64,000 nucleotides of DNA. Source: Octopus vulgaris (lineage: Eukaryota). Below the pieces are notes generated by a model. It was not told the origin of the DNA and made no database searches. It saw nothing but the letters and a program-made list of their open reading frames with translations. Shown here piece by piece: positions 12,689 to 25,865 of this stretch. The translations under genes were made by a program, and so were the position numbers. Position 1 is the stretch's first letter, and every line of letters starts with the position of its first letter. The stretch is from positions 39,556,001-39,620,000 of the forward strand of contig OX597823.1 of assembly GCA_951406725.2 (NCBI GenBank), written 5' to 3'.

Positions 12689-15490
12689 GCTAAAAAAGTA
12701 CTAAGAAATATTAATAATGAAATTAGGGAAATTACTGGGCTTCAACAATGGAATAACAGTTTTACTGTATTAGTTTGGTTTAAGAATATCGGGAATAAGA
12801 ATAAGGCTAAATTAATCCACTTTGATATTATAGACGTTTATCCCTCTGTATCTAGATCGCTGCTTGATAAAGCTATTGAATTTGCTAAATTATATGTTGA
12901 TATTGACCCTATAAACCTAGATTTTATCAGGCATGCGAGGAAAACACTATTGTTTAGTAAAGGATTAGCATGGGTAAAAAAGTCGCATAGTGACAAACTA
13001 AATGATGTATCTATGGGGTCATATGATAGTGCTGATGTCTTTGATCTTGTGGGTTTATTTATATTAAACACATTGAGATATAGATACCCGGCTCGCTCAT
13101 GGCAATGGCCTATACCGTGATGACGGTTTAGGTATTTCTCTTGATAGAGTTAGGAAGCAACTACTTTCTATCCTCAATCAAACTACAGTGGCTACTAATC
13201 TCTGTATTGTTGATTATTTAGATGTTTCCCTAAATTTAAACTCGTACGAGGGGCGTTCAATAAGTAATGCCCCTGACCCACTTCCCATAGCAGTAGAGCA
13301 ACGAAACTTGGCACAGTTATTAGTCTTTTTCTACATAGGAACCACCCAGAGTTACGCATTTCTCCCATCGTTTGATGCGGCTCTGGAGACCGTTTTTGTA
13401 GAAGAACCCAGCTTGGTCCTCCAACCTCAACGTGACTTCAGAAATCAAGGCTGCATCATCTGGGAAATGCTTTCCTTTCAAAAACAACTTCATGATTGGG
13501 AAGAGGTGAAAATCAGAGGGTACAAGGTCAGGAAAGTAGGGGGGATGGGGAGGAGTTCATAGCCATACGCCTGTGCTTCTGATCTGGCGACAAGCGAGTT
13601 GTGGACCGGAGAGTTGTCCTGCAGGAGGAGGATGCCTTTGTTGATCTTGCCCCGCCTCTTAATTTTGATAACTTCTCTTAATTTCCTCAAAAGTGAAGCA
13701 TAATAGGCTCCTGCAATTGTGGTACCCTTTGCCAGGAAATCTGTCATCACTACTCCGTCCTGGTCCCAGAAGACTGTGAGCATGACCTTGCCAGCGGAGG
13801 GCTGCACCCTTGCCTTCTTTGGAGGGGGTTAGTCACGGTGCTTCCACTGCATTGACTGGACTTTGGTCTCTGGATCATCGTGATGGACCCAGGTTTCATC
13901 CTGTGTAATCAGTCTTTTGAAAAATTTTGACTCATCTTCTTGGCACATCTCCAAATTCACCCTCGAGCACTCGACGCGTTCTTGCTTCTAGAAAGGCGTG
14001 AGCAACCTGGAAATCCATCTGGCAGACACCTTTTGCATATGCAAATGGTCATGAATGATAGTTTCCACAGACCCGGTACTAATCTTGACCTCATGGGCTA
14101 TTTGGCGAATAATTATGCGTCGATCTTCCAAAATGGCAGCCTCAACTTGACGGACAGATGCCTCATCAATGGCAGAAGGGGGCGACCAGATCTGGGAGCT
14201 GTTTCCACAGAGTTCCGACCATGTTTGAATTCACGATGCCAGCGTTTTACAAGGTCATATGATGGGGCATCATCACCATAAGTTACTTTCATTTCATCAA
14301 AAGTCTCCCGTGGTGTGCGTCCTTTCAAATACAAAAACTGGATCACTGCTCGACACTCAACAGGCTCCATTTCACACTTGACTCGGTTCAAACACCTGTA
14401 AATCAGAAACCACAATTAATTCAGAGCTGTAATTTGCTACTTACTCTATAGAGATATAAATAATTGCACATGCAAAATTTCAGCTAGATCAAACAACTGC
14501 AAGTGGGTCAGAGGCATTACTTATTGAACGTCCCTCGTATAAACCTTTCCATAAACCCAATGAGAAACTCGCACATATACATAAACAGACGCGTCACTCT
14601 CCTGTAATATTTAAAAACCCGGTAGTTATTATTAGTGACAGGGTGTCTAATCTCTCTTCTTCCAAAGAAATTTTCGAGTAAGTTGCCCCGTATTATAACA
14701 AGGCCCTAGCCAATAGTGACTTCAAAGATAAATTAATATATAGTCCCTCTAATAATAAGCAAAATATTAATAATAGATCTAGTGGCATCAAAGATAAAGT
14801 AGTACTTAACCACTCTAGTATTAATCAGGATAATAAGAAACCTAAACATAGGCCAAGGAAAATTATTTTCTTCGCCCCTCCCTTAATATAAAATCTAAAA
14901 GATTCCTGTTACTCTTAGACAAACACTTTCCAGCTACTCACATGTACAGAAAAATATTCAATAGGCGTTCTGTGAAATTATCATATAACTGCTGCCCCAA
15001 TATGAAGAGTATTATTACACGTGGTCAACACCAAGAATCTGAATCCAGCTGCAACTGTCGCGACCCAGGGTCCTGTGAACTTGACCAACGATATAAACTA
15101 AATCTATCATATATGAGGCAGAAATTACTGTAACCCTAAATAATAATACAACTGATAAGAAGAACTATATTGGATTATGGGAAGGTGAATTTTAAAATCG
15201 CTATGTCAATCACATAGCCTCCTTCCGACATAGGGACAAAAGTAAAGCTTACTACGTTGGTTACCTACGTGTGGACTTTGAAAGATAACGAAAGACAGCA
15301 TGTAATTAAATGGAAAGTAATTGAGAAAGCCACACCTTATGTGAATGGATCGAATAAATGTAGACTTTGTTTGGCTGAACGAGCGCAGATCCTGTTCAGA
15401 TCTATGATTCTTAAGCCTCTTAAACTCCAGGTCAGAAATTTTCAGTGGTTGCATGCATATGTATAAATATATTTTGGAGAATTGGAAAAC
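12689..15490 (+). mobile_element. Penelope-like retroelement (RT plus C-terminal GIY-YIG endonuclease, Naiad-like), 5' truncated and split by a mariner
   Basis: FDIIDVYPSV, DVSMGSYDSADVFDLVGL, GLYRDDGL, VDYLDVSLNL|YKPFHKPN, KIFNRRSVKLSYNCCPNM, CNCRDPGSC, NYIGLWEGEF-x-NRYVNH, KWKVIEKATPYVNGSNKCRLCLAE. Several frameshifts. The Naiad assignment is inference. Confidence 0.9.
13247..14537 (-). mobile_element. Full-length (1291 bp) mariner DD34D transposon, irritans-like; transposase pseudogene at about 13320-14370
   Basis: TIRs cgaggggcgttcaataagtaatgcc / ggcattacttattgaacgtccctcg with TA duplication at 13245 and 14538. Motifs WISRLL, TQDETWVHH, KVMLTVFWD, LQDNSPVH, PDLVPSDFHLF, with stops and frameshifts. 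Confidence 0.95.
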
Positions 15491-15519
15491 GTCGTAGTCT
15501 GTTGCAGGATCACAGATTT

Positions 15520-15655
15520 ACAGCTGAACGGACTGGAATAGCAAGAAATGAAATGTTTTGTTCAATATCACAACGCACCGCTCGTCTGGGAATTGAAACC
15601 ACAATCTTGCAATGTTGAGCGAAGCCCCCTAACAACAAGACCACGAGCCTTCACA
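15520..15655 (-). mobile_element. SINE family D, degenerate
   Basis: Reverse-complement similarity to the head and body at 3836. Confidence 0.55.
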
Positions 15656-15724
15656 TATACATGTGCGCGCGTGTGCCTCTCTTTCTCTCTCTATATTTTT
15701 ACACACACACATGCACGCACACAC

Positions 15725-15757
<33 letters not shown>

Positions 15758-15762
<5 letters not shown>

Positions 15763-15990
15763 CTTTATTGACCACAAGGGGCTAAACATAGAGGGGACAA
15801 ATAAGGACAGACAAAGGGATTAAGTCGATTACAACGACCCCAGTGCGAAACTGGTACTTTATTTATCGACCCCGAAAGGATGAAAGGCAAAGTCGACCTC
15901 GGCGGAATTCGAACTCAGAACGTAGCGGCAGACGAAATAACGCTAAGCATTTCACCCGACGTGCTAACGATTCTGCCAGCTCGCCGCCTT
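15758..15990 (-). mobile_element. SINE family B, full length
   Basis: Minus strand GGCGGCGAGCTGGCAGAA...GAGTTCGAATTCC..gactttgcctttcatcctttcggggtcgataaa. Homologous to 31279. Confidence 0.9.
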
Positions 15991-16610
15991 ACACACATAT
16001 GTATGTGTGTATGTGTGTGTGTGTGTATGTGTGTGTGTGTGTATGTGTGCGTGTGTATATATTGTGTGCTTGTTAATTTTGTCTATTTCTCTTTATGAAG
16101 GTTTCTGTTTTCCACTTTGTTCATTTGTAAAGAAATACATAGTTGTGCCTGTGAATAAAGGCGTTTAAATACATACACATACATGTGTGCGCGTGCGCAC
16201 GCGCGTTATTTATGGAGATGCATGTGATTCTGTGTATGTGTAGAGAGACTCTTGTGTGTGTGAATTCTGCTTGTATGTTTTATTTGTGACGAGGATGGCT
16301 GAGCTAGATTTAGTATTTTTAGAAAGTGTTTGTTTAGGCTCTATTTTTAATCTCTGCTTTTCCCATGTGATATCTACCACGCATCTTTACTTACAAACAC
16401 AAATGTGCTCTTCTCTCATACATATTATCATAAAATACGAACACGCACATTGAACAACAATATGCTCGCATACATATGTATATGTGTGTGAGTGTGTTTG
16501 TGCCCGTGTATTTATCTAGCTATATAGACACACACACACACACACATATAGTTAATCCAAACAAGAAAGCACAAAAAAACACAACAACGCGAGGACGTGG
16601 AACAAATATA

Positions 16611-16835
16611 TATTTCTTTACTGCCCTCAAGGGGCTAAACATAGAGGTGACAAACAAGGGCAGACAAAGGGATTAAGTCGATTACATCGACCCAGTGCAA
16701 AACTGGTACTTTATTTATCGACCCCGAGAGGATGAAAGGCAAAGTCGACCTCGGCAGAATTTGAACTCAGAACGTAAAGGCAGACGAAATACGGCTATGC
16801 ATTTCGCCCGGCGTGCTAACGATTCTGCCAGCTCG
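16611..16835 (-). mobile_element. SINE family B inserted into a short element (16547-16865)
   Basis: Near-identical to 15758. The right flank reads ttcctgagcgt on the minus strand, as at 9732. Confidence 0.85.
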
Positions 16836-17234
16836 TATTATTGGACGCTCAGGAAAGAAGGAACGTATATCTACATGTACATACATATATAAAACATACA
16901 CAAGCGCGCGCGCACACACACACACACATACACACACTCATATGAGAAACGGAAGATGGGAGTTACGAGCTGGGGCGAAACAATTGTAGTGATTAATAAA
17001 TATTCTCGTATCTTCCAACTTGTGTCCCTGTCATTAACCAAATACACAACGAACACTGTGAAAGTGAACGTGCTATACGGTAAGCTATCAGGTATATACC
17101 ATATGATATTTTTATATAATAAAAAGAATATATATATGTATATGTGAATGTATGTATGTATATGTGTGTGTGTATTTTACATATAGATACGTATATACTC
17201 AACACATAATACACGCGCGCACATGCTCACTCAC

Positions 17235-17283
<49 letters not shown>

Positions 17284-17761
17284 AATGTAAGCGTACACTT
17301 TCTTAAATCATCACCTTAGCTGCGTAATCTAAACAAATTAAAATAGATACTTATATATCTCCTTAGGCAGAAAAATATTGGAATAGTCCTTAATAATTTG
17401 ACTGGGATTGCCCTAAACTTCTTTATCCCCCTTTCAGAAGTTTATCTCAGCAGTTCTTTCATTTTCTGTCCACAACGAGAATGCTTATTTATATCAAATC
17501 AAGCTAGAAGCCAGATGCATAACCGTGCAATCATTGTAACGCGCTAGATAGATTTCGATAAATGTCCGAATAGTAGTGAAACCAGTCATGACTACAAATA
17601 TTGGCCACATACAGATATAGAATTTTATATATACTACGCAGCGCTGCTTTTAAGTTTAATATTGACGGTAAAGATATTTTAAATTTCAAATACTGCAACT
17701 TTCGATATAACCAGTTGAAGTCTTTAACCATTAATTACAAAACATTATTAATTAGAGTTGT

Positions 17762-17973
17762 AAGGCGGTGAACCGACAGAATCGTTAGTGCGTCGGACAA
17801 AATGCTTAGTGGCATTTCGTCCGTTTTTACGTTCTGGGCTCAAATTCCGCCGTGTTGGAATTTGCGTTTCATCCTTTCAGGGTCGATAAAATTAGTACCA
17901 TTTGAGTGCTAGGATCGAAGCAATAGACTTATCTCCTACCCTGATATTATTATCCTTATGCCAAAATTTAAAA
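17762..17973 (+). mobile_element. SINE family B, older copy
   Basis: aaggcggtgaaccgacagaatcgttag...tttcatcctttcagggtcgataaa. Confidence 0.8.
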
Positions 17974-18231
17974 TCATTATTAATTAAGTCAGTTGATTCA
18001 AAACGGTACAGGAAAGTGAATCAACAAGGGCGGAGAATATGTAGGCCGTTATACGAGCTGTAGTGAATAGCGCTTGTCCTGCACCAAAACATGGCGCTGC
18101 ATTATGTATTTCATGTCACTATAATATACTTGAGTGATGGCTGTCATATCACGGGTAATCTTGAAAGTATACTTTTGACATCATGTGTAATATCAGAAAA
18201 TATAGCATACATACAATAATTATAATTTGAT

Positions 18232-18680
18232 AATAGAAATATTAAAATTACTAAGTCTCTGTAAAGGAGATTACGGTAGCGTTACTGGATATTAATAGTT
18301 ATCGCCATACTAATATGGCAGTCTATAGATATAAGACTAAAGCTGTCGCTGATTAGCTCCAAGAGGCCATCGCCTCTAGCTAGCTATATGACACACGAAC
18401 CTGCGTCCATTACAACCTTCGAACAGGAGAGGTCAGCCGCTTCACCTTGCTAGTCAGACATCTGCAGACATGTTTCAGGGTTGTTGCCTTTTATCAATGC
18501 AGCGTAGTCAGAACGAGCAGGTGTAGCTACTGACCGTCTGTTCGAAGATTTTATTTACCTAGTTACAGTGGAATACATCTACTTGTTTTCAATAATAGAA
18601 TTTAACTTATATTAAATTTCTTGCTGTTTATACAAGGTCAAATGAATACTAAATAAAATTAAATAAAGCAAATTTGTTTA
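18232..18680 (-). mobile_element. Non-coding element with a long hairpin (18417-18547) capped by a hammerhead ribozyme
   Basis: Inverted blocks cttcgaacag/ctgttcgaag, ggtcag/ctgacc and cacct/aggtg surround the ribozyme. Boundaries are approximate. Confidence 0.55.
18462..18502 (-). ncRNA. Type I hammerhead ribozyme motif, U3-A8 variant
   Basis: Minus strand: ctgca TTGATAA a agg-caacaac-cct GAA ACATGT C tgcag. Perfect 5-bp stem I, palindromic stem III, GUC cleavage triplet. Confidence 0.75.
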
Positions 18681-18721
18681 TTTAAAATAAATATATTTTT
18701 TGTTCTTGTAAATTTTACCGA

Positions 18722-19152
18722 CGCAAGCTAAGTGGTTTACTTCCCAATCACATGGTTCCGGAGTTCAGTCCCACTGCATGTCACCTTGGGCATGTGTGTG
18801 TGTTATAGTCTCAGGCCAATCAAAGTCTTGTGAGAGTATTTGGTACACAGAGAGAAACCCGTCTGATATATATACGCGTGTGTGTGTGTGTGTGTGTGTG
18901 CGTGTGTGCGTGTGTGTGGTGTGTGTGTGTATGTGTGTCTTTGTGCTTGCGTTTGTCCCCCATCATCGCTTTACAGCCAGTGTTGGTATGTTTACATCCT
19001 CGTAACTTAGCGGTTCGGAAAAAGAAATCGATAGAATAAGTACCACGCATAAAAAATTTAAGTATTGGAGTCGATTCGCTCGACTAAAATTCTTCAAGGC
19101 GGTGCTCCAGTATGGTCTTAGTTTGATGACTGACACAGCTAAAAGGGAAAAG
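18722..19152 (+). mobile_element. SINE family C, full length with central (TG)n
   Basis: Head cacatggttccggagttcagtcccactgc..ccttgggca; tail aaggcggtgctccag. Confidence 0.85.
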
Positions 19153-20609
19153 GTAAACATAGTTGCAATGTACTCCAGCAAAAAATATATATTTCAGAAA
19201 GGTTAAAAAACACTCATCCTGCACATCGTATCATAACTCTCTTCCCACTCTCTATAAGGAGTAAAAGCGTGATTAGAGAAACCCATCAACTAACCAACCA
19301 ACCAACCAACCAACCAACCAACCAGCCAGCCAACGTTTATATCGACCATTGCTTTATATAGCGATTACGGTGTTAGAAATAAATCGACGCGAGTGGGAAA
19401 TTCGGTATACATTTACAGATAATATGTTCGCGATAGTGGTAGATTTCATAAGTGTTCTAATGTATAACAAAGTGCATATCCAGATGTCTGATGACATAAA
19501 CACAACTTATATTATAGGCTGCACAACGATACACGACTACTATATAAATGTCTACTTACCATTTGATCTGGAAGACCCAGGGTCATCTTAACAGTATTAT
19601 AGGCCTCCGAGCAAACAAGTCAACTTAGCTATATAAATATTTAGTAATAGCAAGCCTCAGCATATATAAATAAGAACTGGGCTCTTAGACCCGCGAGGTC
19701 CCCGGATAACTGCCCACTGTGCCAGGCTTTAAGACTCCACAGGAGATACCCATATTTCTTTGAATAGAACGGACATGGTCGCTATGGGTTCACGTTACAC
19801 AACTTTCACTTTCCCAGAAATCAATGGATGATATGGCCACCCCTAACGGGAAGAGCTTCTATGGACATTATGATAGAAATGTTTACTGACTATTCCATTT
19901 CCCAGTGCGCTCACATACCGCCATGTCCTGTTTTAATCTCCTGACTTTTCGGTTTGTGATTATTTCTTTTGAGTTTATCTCAAAGGGAGACGATCCAGCA
20001 ATAAACTACGCACATCGGATGAACTGAGATCTGTGATGCATTTAGAAATGACGGCAATACCACCAAGACATAGCGCGACGTGCAAATGCATAACTTCCAG
20101 GTTTTGTTATATGTATAATGAATACGTGAAACAATGGGGGCCATTTTGATGACGTTGATTTTCAAAGTTGAATAAACAGTTTTATTGTGCTACCTTATAA
20201 GTTTTTAAATAACACACATTGTTCTGACATTTAGATAGTAAAGGTTGCTCACATCTTATATTTGAAAACATTTTATATCCATTTAAAAAAACATCAAGTT
20301 TCCCTGCAAGTTCCTGTGGTTTAAGTCGCTTCTTAAATGACAATGCAGGAGTTGTACTCAATGACAAAACAGCCTTTCACCGAATGGCATCCTGCAAACA
20401 TCCCCACCTTCTACCCCATGATTTGCAAAAGAAAAATATAATATAAAAAAGCAGATTTTTAAAAAATGATGTAAAAACCAATTTTTCGCAGTGATTTCTA
20501 ATCATATCTGTTCTTACTTTTAAGATATTTACGAGGACCATCAAACTCTTTTATGTCAAATGTTTATAGAAATTGCTTAAGGTCAGGCATTTTATACTGG
20601 TTTCTGATT

Positions 20610-20790
20610 TAAGCATGGGGGCAGCAGTTTTAGGAGAGGGGAGTACTTGGCTACATTGACCACAGTACTTGACTGTTACTTTATATAATCATCAAGCGGA
20701 TGGAGGCAAAGTTACCCCCAGCAGGATTTGGACTCAGAATGTAAACATCTGTCACAAGGCATTTTATCCGATGCTTTAACAACTATAACA
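20610..20790 (-). mobile_element. SINE family B, degenerate
   Basis: acattgaccacagtacttgactgttact...ggatttggactcagaatgtaaa. Confidence 0.55.
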
Positions 20791-20809
20791 TCCGTCACCC
20801 TCTCAGTGA

Positions 20810-21045
20810 AGACACATGGCCTAGAGATTAGGATCTTACATTCGCAGTCATAAGATCGCGGTTTCGATTCCCGTAGCGAACAGTACGTTGTGTTTTTTTT
20901 AAGCAGAACATTGCATTTCACGTTGTTACAGTCCACTTAGCTATAAATGAGTAACCATGTGACAGACTAGAGTCCGTTCAGGGTAATATTGTATTCGGTC
21001 AATTTACACACCATGGAAACTGGCCTGTAAGTTCTAAGACTCAAG
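20810..21045 (+). mobile_element. SINE family D
   Basis: atggcctagag..gatcgcggtttcgattccc..ttgcatttcacgttg..gtccacttagct. Confidence 0.7.
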
Positions 21046-21062
21046 AGAGTATTTATGTCCGC

Positions 21063-21505
21063 TTTTATCTTTCACTTGTTCCAGTCATTAGACTGCGGCC
21101 ATGCTGGGGCACCGCCTTGAATTTTTAGTCGAATGAGTCGACCCCTAGTACTTATTTTTTAAACCTGGTACTTATTCTGCCTGTTTCTTTTGCCGAACCG
21201 CTAAGTTATGAGGATGCAAACACCGGTTTCAAGCGGCGGAGGGGGACAAGCACAAACACAAAGACACACATTCACTCATTCACTCACTCACTCACTCACT
21301 CACGCACGCACGCACGCGCGCGCGCACACACACACACGCACACACACACACACACACATGACGGGCTTTCAGTTTCCATCTACCAAATCCACACACAAGG
21401 CTTTGGTTGGCCCGAGGCTATAGTATAAGACACTTGTCCAAGGTGCCGCCCAAAGGGACTGAACCCTGAATCATATGGCTGGGAAAGAAACTTCTTACCA
21501 CAGTG
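21063..21505 (-). mobile_element. SINE family C, full length
   Basis: Tail, central microsatellite and head are all present in reverse orientation. Confidence 0.85.
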
Positions 21506-21632
21506 CTACAAACCTTCAGTTATGTTTCTGCTCAACGATAACACAATATCTGACTCACATTTTAGTCCTCCAAAAGATATTTTGAAAACATATTTAAAAT
21601 ATATGTATTGAAAACACGTTAATATATATATA

Positions 21633-21672
<40 letters not shown>

Positions 21673-21718
21673 AGCAAGTTAAAATATATTTCTGAGAAAA
21701 ATAATCATTTCCCTAAAC

Positions 21719-21963
21719 CAGTGGTTCCCAACCAATTTTTGGCTATGGACCCCTGTGATTCCTATTTTACTCCATAGCTATTTGATATGTATATATAAAA
21801 AGCTTCCAATTGTATTTTTAAAATTAAATATTAGGAATTGTATTAAAAAATCAAAATATTTTGTGTATTGTAGAACTATAAGCAATTTATTGCAGATAAA
21901 TTTTAAGCATAAAATCTGATATGGAGCTCCAAGGGCCATATGGACCCCGGTTGAGAACCACTA
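21719..21963. mobile_element. hAT (Charlie-like) MITE
   Basis: TIRs cagtggttcccaacc / ggttgagaaccacta; 8-bp flanks ccctaaac / gtctaaac; subterminal atggacccc motifs. Confidence 0.85.
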
Positions 21964-22267
21964 GTCTAAACTCTCAGTCACCCCTTGCGCACCCTTGTGA
22001 GCTTCCAATGACTCTAAGGAGGCGCTATCACTCAAATTAAGAATCGCAAATTTATATAATGGCATTATACGTATGTACAAAAAAGCACGTTTAATTATAT
22101 ATCTTAACTAAACAATGGAGAAATACATGTCTCATTAAAGTTTCATGCGATTTTTTTCATGTGACATTTTCTCCTGGAACTTTTCTGTATTTCAATGGGT
22201 GATATTAAAGGGCTTTTATGATTGTGTCCTAGCTCTACAAGGTTTTAATTATAAACATTTTTTATTT

Positions 22268-22460
22268 CTGTGTTTGTACCTCACCATCGCTTGACAACCG
22301 ATGTTGGTGTGTATACGTCCTGGTAAATTAGCGGTTCGGCAAAAAAGAAAGATAGAAAAAGTACTAGGCTTACAAAGAATAAATCCTGGAGTCGATTTGT
22401 TCGACTAAAGGCGGTGCTCCAGCATAGCCGCAGTCAAATGACTGAAATAAATAAAAAGAA
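22268..22460 (+). mobile_element. SINE family C, 3' half
   Basis: catcgcttgacaaccgatg...aaggcggtgctccagcatagccgcagtcaaatgactgaaa. Confidence 0.85.
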
Positions 22461-22568
22461 TACGTACATACATATATCCATACACACATACAAATCAAAG
22501 GTTGAACAGAAAGAACATAAGAAGAAAAATTAGACGTAGCCATAACAAACGAGAAACAGGACATATAC

Positions 22569-22678
<110 letters not shown>

Positions 22679-22679
22679 T

Positions 22680-22899
22680 TATTACCCACAAGGGGCTAAA
22701 CACAGAGGGGACAAACAAGGACAGACAAAGGGATTAAGTCGATTACATCGACCCCAGTGCGTAACTGGTACTTAATTTATCGACCCCGAAAGGATGAAAG
22801 GCAAAGTCGACCTCGGCGGAATTTGAACTCGGAACGCAACGACAGACGAAATACGGCTACGAATTTCGCCCGGCGTGCTAACGTTTCTGCCAGCTCGTC
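22680..22899 (-). mobile_element. SINE family B
   Basis: Near-identical to 15758. Confidence 0.9.
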
Positions 22900-23317
22900 G
22901 TATGTATGTATGTATGTATGTATGTATGTATGTATGTATGTATGTATGTATGTATGTATGGGATTTTTTTCATGTGACATTACTCCTATGACTTTTCTGT
23001 ATTTCAATGGGTGCTATTAAAGGTTTTTTTTAATGATTGTGTCGTAGCTCTACAAGGTTGTAATTATAAACATTTTTATTCCATATTAAAATCCTAAATT
23101 AGACACGAGTTGAAAAAGTAAGTCGTGAAAATCGAGTTAAAAAAAAAAACAACCTTGAACAAACAAAATATGTAACTATCAAACCGGTTACATTTAAAAT
23201 CGGTAAATAACAAGTTTGCTTATAAGTCATCATTAACCGGAAATGATCCATATGTTAACTGCCTTTCTTTTCTGTCACTAAAAGGGAGCTGATTCGAATA
23301 TAGAATGATACCGATCA

Positions 23318-23361
<44 letters not shown>

Positions 23362-23764
23362 AGAGGAAGAGAAAGAAAGAGAGAGAGAGAGAGGAGAAGA
23401 AGAAAGAAAGGGAGTGAGAAGAAAAGAGAGAGAGATAGAGATACAGAGAGGAATAGGAAAGGGAGAGAGAAAAAAAGCAATGCAGGATTCTAAGAAGTGA
23501 TGAGTCGAAATTAAAGTGAGCCTCTTTCTCGATCTGTCCCTCTCTCTATCCTCCTACTTCTCTCTTTCATCTCCCCTCCATCTCCCCTTTGTTCTGCTCT
23601 CCCCTCTCCCTTCCTTCTCTCTCCAATGTCCATCCCTCTCCTCCATCACCCCTGCCTCCACCATCCATCACGTCCTCTCACTCTCTCTCTCTCTCTTCTG
23701 CGTTTCTTTGAAGTAATTTTGGAAAGTATCTTAGTATCTAAAATGATGGCATTATTACTTGAGA

Positions 23765-23931
23765 TCATCGTTAGGCTGGGAAAAATGTTCAGCTGCATAT
23801 TGTCTGTCTTTACATTCTGAGTTGGAATTCCGCTGAGGTTGACTTTGTCATTCATCCCTTTCGGAGTCAATAAAGCAGGTACCAGTCAGGCACTGGTGTC
23901 GATGTAATTGACTTATCCAGTCTACCAAAAT
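23765..23931 (+). mobile_element. SINE family B, degenerate
   Basis: tctgagttggaattccgctgaggttgactttgtcattcatccctttcggagtc. Confidence 0.7.
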
Positions 23932-24186
23932 TGTGCGTGTGCGCACGTGTGTGCATAATAAAAGAGGCGAACGGAAAATTGGGCTTGCAAGAATCTTTAT
24001 TCAACACAACGATCGTTTCGACCCATCCTGCATCTGTCCCTTGCGATTGGCATATGTACACCTAGTTGTGGTGTATCCACCAGTTCAGAATACATCTCAT
24101 TGGCTGTCTCTTTTCAAATTGGATACTTCGCTAAACGGTGAAAGTGCTTTACTCGGCATACTACCAACTATATACCCAGGTCCAAA

Positions 24187-24221
<35 letters not shown>

Positions 24222-24223
<2 letters not shown>

Positions 24224-24372
24224 ATGTGTGATAAGTAGCTTGCTTACCAACCACATGGTTCCGGGTTCAGTCCCACTGCGTGGCACCTCCGGCAAGCGTC
24301 TTCTACTATAGCCTCGGGCCGACCAAAGCCTTATGAGTAGATGTGATAGACGGAAACTGAAATAAGCCCGTC

Positions 24373-24446
<74 letters not shown>

Positions 24447-24591
24447 ACGTCCCCGTAAATTAGCGGTTCGGCAAAAGACACCGATAGAATAAGTACTAGG
24501 CTTACAAAGAATAAGTTCTGGGGTCGATTTGTTCAACTAAAGGCGGACCTCCAGCATGGCCGCAGTCAAATAACTAAATCAAATAAAAGAA
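24222..24591 (+). mobile_element. SINE family C, full length, young
   Basis: tRNA-like head with B box ggttcagtcc, central (TA)n(TG)n, tail ending cagtcaaataactaaat. Confidence 0.9.
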
Positions 24592-25312
24592 TACATACAT
24601 ACGCACATACATACATACATACATAGATACATACATACATACATACATACATACATACATACATACATACATACATACATACATACATAAACCCATTGCT
24701 CACCCTCACATTTATAGAATCCCTTAACAGAATATCGTATTGATACACGACATAAATATGTGCATTTAACTATGTGATATAACAACTGTTGAAAGAACGT
24801 AATTTGCAAGAAAATACGCTATATTAGAAAACGATATTTGAGCCGATACGAGCAAGAATCTGATGAGCAGATATAGCCGGAGGTAAGTGGCCTTTAAGCT
24901 TCCATCTTAATCCGGAGTCGATGTTTTTAATATTGGAGCCACAGAAAATTATATACGAGTATTTGTACTTCACTCGAAAGATAATGTGTGGGCTGTTTTT
25001 TTTTTATTTCATTGAAATCAAATATAGCACGCGCGCACACACACACACACACACACATCATTTGCATGTGTATATGTGCTTTTAGATAGAGCTTTGAAGC
25101 ACTGAGAAATTTGAAAAGAGAGCTTTATGAAGTTGCTCCAATAAGAATAACTAAAGGCTCACAAAGTTAAACCCCTTTACACAGATACAAATGACAAAAG
25201 CACCATCGTGAACAGAGCAACGTGTCTACCGTAGACAAAACAAAACTGTATTCAACAGTAAATATAACAAACAAGAAAGGAAATTTATTCTATATTTTGT
25301 ATATTGTCACAT

Positions 25313-25689
25313 GTGGAAACACAATGACCCAGTGGTTAGGGTAGCGGCCTCGCGCTTTCGATTTTCAGATCAGGCTTTGTGAGTGTTTTTTTTTTTTTTG
25401 AGCGAAAACACCTAAAGCTCCACGATGCTCCGGTAGGGGTTGGTGGCGAACCCTGCTGTACTCTTTCACAACAACTTTCTCTCGATCTTTCTTCCTGTTT
25501 CTGTTGTACCTATATTTCAAAGGGCCAGCTTTGTCACACTCTGTGTCACGCTGAATCATCCCGAGAACTACGTTAAGGGCACACGTGTCTGTGGAGTGCT
25601 CAGCCACTTGCACGTTAATTTCACGAGCAGGCTGTTCCGCTGATCGGATCAACTGGAACCCTCGACGTCGTAACCGACGGAGCGTCACG
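25313..25689 (+). mobile_element. SINE family A, long tail type, followed by a partial tail duplication to about 25840
   Basis: Reverse complement of 1334-1713. Confidence 0.85.
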
Positions 25690-25865
25690 ATTCTCACATA
25701 TTGTGTAACGTTCGTTCTGCCTGAGAATTACGTTATGACTACATATGTCTGTGGAATACTCAGCCACTAATACGTTAATTCAATGTACATGAAACCCCTT
25801 CAATCGGACATCTGAAGCAACATCATCAAAACGAACGAAGATCTCCATCTATATATCTTTCACAT

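Noticed and set aside
24858-24875. CTGATGA occurrences here and at about 19487, 42409, 48805 and 52408
   Set aside because: None has a downstream GAAA..UH with closing stems.
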